Source: Candidatus Altiarchaeota archaeon (GTDB lineage: Archaea; Altiarchaeota; Altiarchaeia; IMC4; SCGC-AAA252-I15). Taken from it: a DNA stretch of 64,000 nucleotides. A model generated the notes under the pieces. The model saw only the letters and a program-made list of their open reading frames with translations, made no database searches and was not told the DNA's origin. Positions 63,089 through 64,000 of the stretch are shown here, in pieces. Position 1 is the stretch's first letter. Each line of letters starts with the position of its first letter. The DNA lies in NCBI GenBank assembly GCA_041306075.1, contig JBFYKH010000027.1:4226-68225 (forward strand). Reading direction: 5' to 3'. The position numbers and the translations under genes are program-made.

Positions 63089-64000
63089 CTATCTCGTCCT
63101 GACCGCCATCCCGCGCTTGAAGTCCCTTATCTCCCTGGGGCTGAGCATGAGGGTCCCGCAGCGGATGAAGTCGTCCTTCCCGTCGACGAGGATGCACTCG
63201 TCGCCAGAGCGGAGCTCCGGGTCCACTTCCTTGACGAACTTGCACATCGCGCTCTTGCCCTCGCGGACCGCGGCCAGCGCCTGCTCGTCGTCCGAGAGGA
63301 CGACCCTCAGCCGCGGGGCCTGGAACCGCTCCTTGAGCCGGAGGGCCAGCTTCTCGTGGGGGATTATGAAGTGGTCGGAGGCCCTCACGGACGCGAGCAT
63401 CCCGCCGCCGTCGTACAGCCACCTGATGCGCTTCGTGTTTTTCGACTTCTTTATCCTCAAGCCGTCAGGCAAAAGCTCGCCTGCGCCCTTCCCGAACTGG
63501 TACTCCATGATGGCGCGCAGCTTCGCCATGTCCCTGACCCTAGGCTTCGAATCGTCCGTCATGCTGTAGACGCCGTTGAACGGGTAGATGTCCAGGAGCT
63601 CCTCGTTCACGAGGCCGAAGGGCGGAAGCTCCAGGGTGTTTGCGGTCGTAATCCTCGCGAGCCTCGAGCGCGCGTTCACCACCTCGGTGCGCAGCTCCGA
63701 CTCCGGTCCGGTATGGCACAGCTGCGTCCCCTTGCTTATCTGGTCGACCTCCGCCATCCAAGCGGAATGGGCCATCAAGGCGTCCAGCGCCTTCATCATG
63801 GCCGGATGAGCCCTCGCCTGCGTGAGCACCAGCTCCCAGAGGCCGCCCTCCGCTATCGCCTGCTTCACGCGCTCGACCATCGCCAACGACACGTAGAGGT
63901 TGTGTTTGGCTATCGCCTTTACCTTGTCGTCCCCGTACAGCCGCTTTATGCCCAGGCCGTTTTGGCTGCACACCGGGCACGTGCACGAGACGTACTCGAG
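63089..64000 (-). CDS. tgtA: archaeosine tRNA-guanine transglycosylase family, C-terminal part (Zn site, C1/C2, PUA); 5' end beyond window
   Basis: Minus-strand frame is open to the window end (...LEYVSCTCPVCSQNG = CxCxxC Zn motif); C-terminal ECILVDGKDDFIRCGTLMLSPREI is a PUA domain. Confidence 0.6.
   Translation of the reverse strand, partial: LEYVSCTCPVCSQNGLGIKRLYGDDKVKAIAKHNLYVSLAMVERVKQAIAEGGLWELVLTQARAHPAMMKALDALMAHSAWMAEVDQISKGTQLCHTGPESELRTEVVNARSRLARITTANTLELPPFGLVNEELLDIYPFNGVYSMTDDSKPRVRDMAKLRAIMEYQFGKGAGELLPDGLRIKKSKNTKRIRWLYDGGGMLASVRASDHFIIPHEKLALRLKERFQAPRLRVVLSDDEQALAAVREGKSAMCKFVKEVDPELRSGDECILVDGKDDFIRCGTLMLSPREIRDFKRGMAVRTR

Overview
High-GC (~60-65%) archaeal chromosomal segment. 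Archaeal hallmarks: Elp3, diphthine synthase, ribosomal proteins S17e and L40e, an initiator tRNA with A1:U72, an S-layer gene, an Agl-type N-glycosylation island, and leaderless genes preceded by TATA boxes. Layout: (1) 1-9.7 kb: housekeeping genes plus a highly expressed S-layer gene (strong promoter, SD, hairpin/oligo-T terminator) preceded by a membrane-anchored winged-HTH protein. (2) 9.7-26 kb: a ~16 kb surface-glycan biosynthesis island. It contains a GT-C enzyme, GT2 and GT4 transferases, an AglH-like GlcNAc-1-P transferase, a Wzx-like flippase, a GHMP sugar kinase, AsnB, a cobalamin-dependent radical SAM enzyme, two methyltransferases, and many ATGA start/stop overlaps. (3) 26.6-27.6 kb: a tRNA locus. 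An intact tRNA-Gly(GCC) is preceded by two tandem degenerate tRNA-Gly-derived units and followed by two ~60-nt structured repeats with covariation; the second repeat carries a 14-nt copy of the tRNA 3' end (att-like). (4) A previously unrecognised paralogous family of ~230-255 aa proteins built from ~40-aa tandem helical repeats, with conserved N-terminal (M..RL.G.R.QPLL.PP) and C-terminal (PPLP.LKRF.R) caps. There are six copies at three loci: 27673-28398; a 3-gene translationally coupled array at 39784-42004; and a 2-gene array at 45995-47400. This is the most novel signal in the window. (5) Other items: an L40e / OB-fold / Cas4-like nuclease operon, a cell-envelope cluster (membrane sulfatase, coiled-coil repeat protein, Cys-rich lipoprotein, ArsR-TM regulator), an RfcL-like clamp loader, HD hydrolase, tmk, rtcA, map, CDF, hmgA, a LarE-like gene, a PurM-like gene with a displaced 3' duplicate fragment, a DUF2157-GDYXXLXY pair, and transporters. 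No CRISPR array, rRNA, integrase or transposase was seen.
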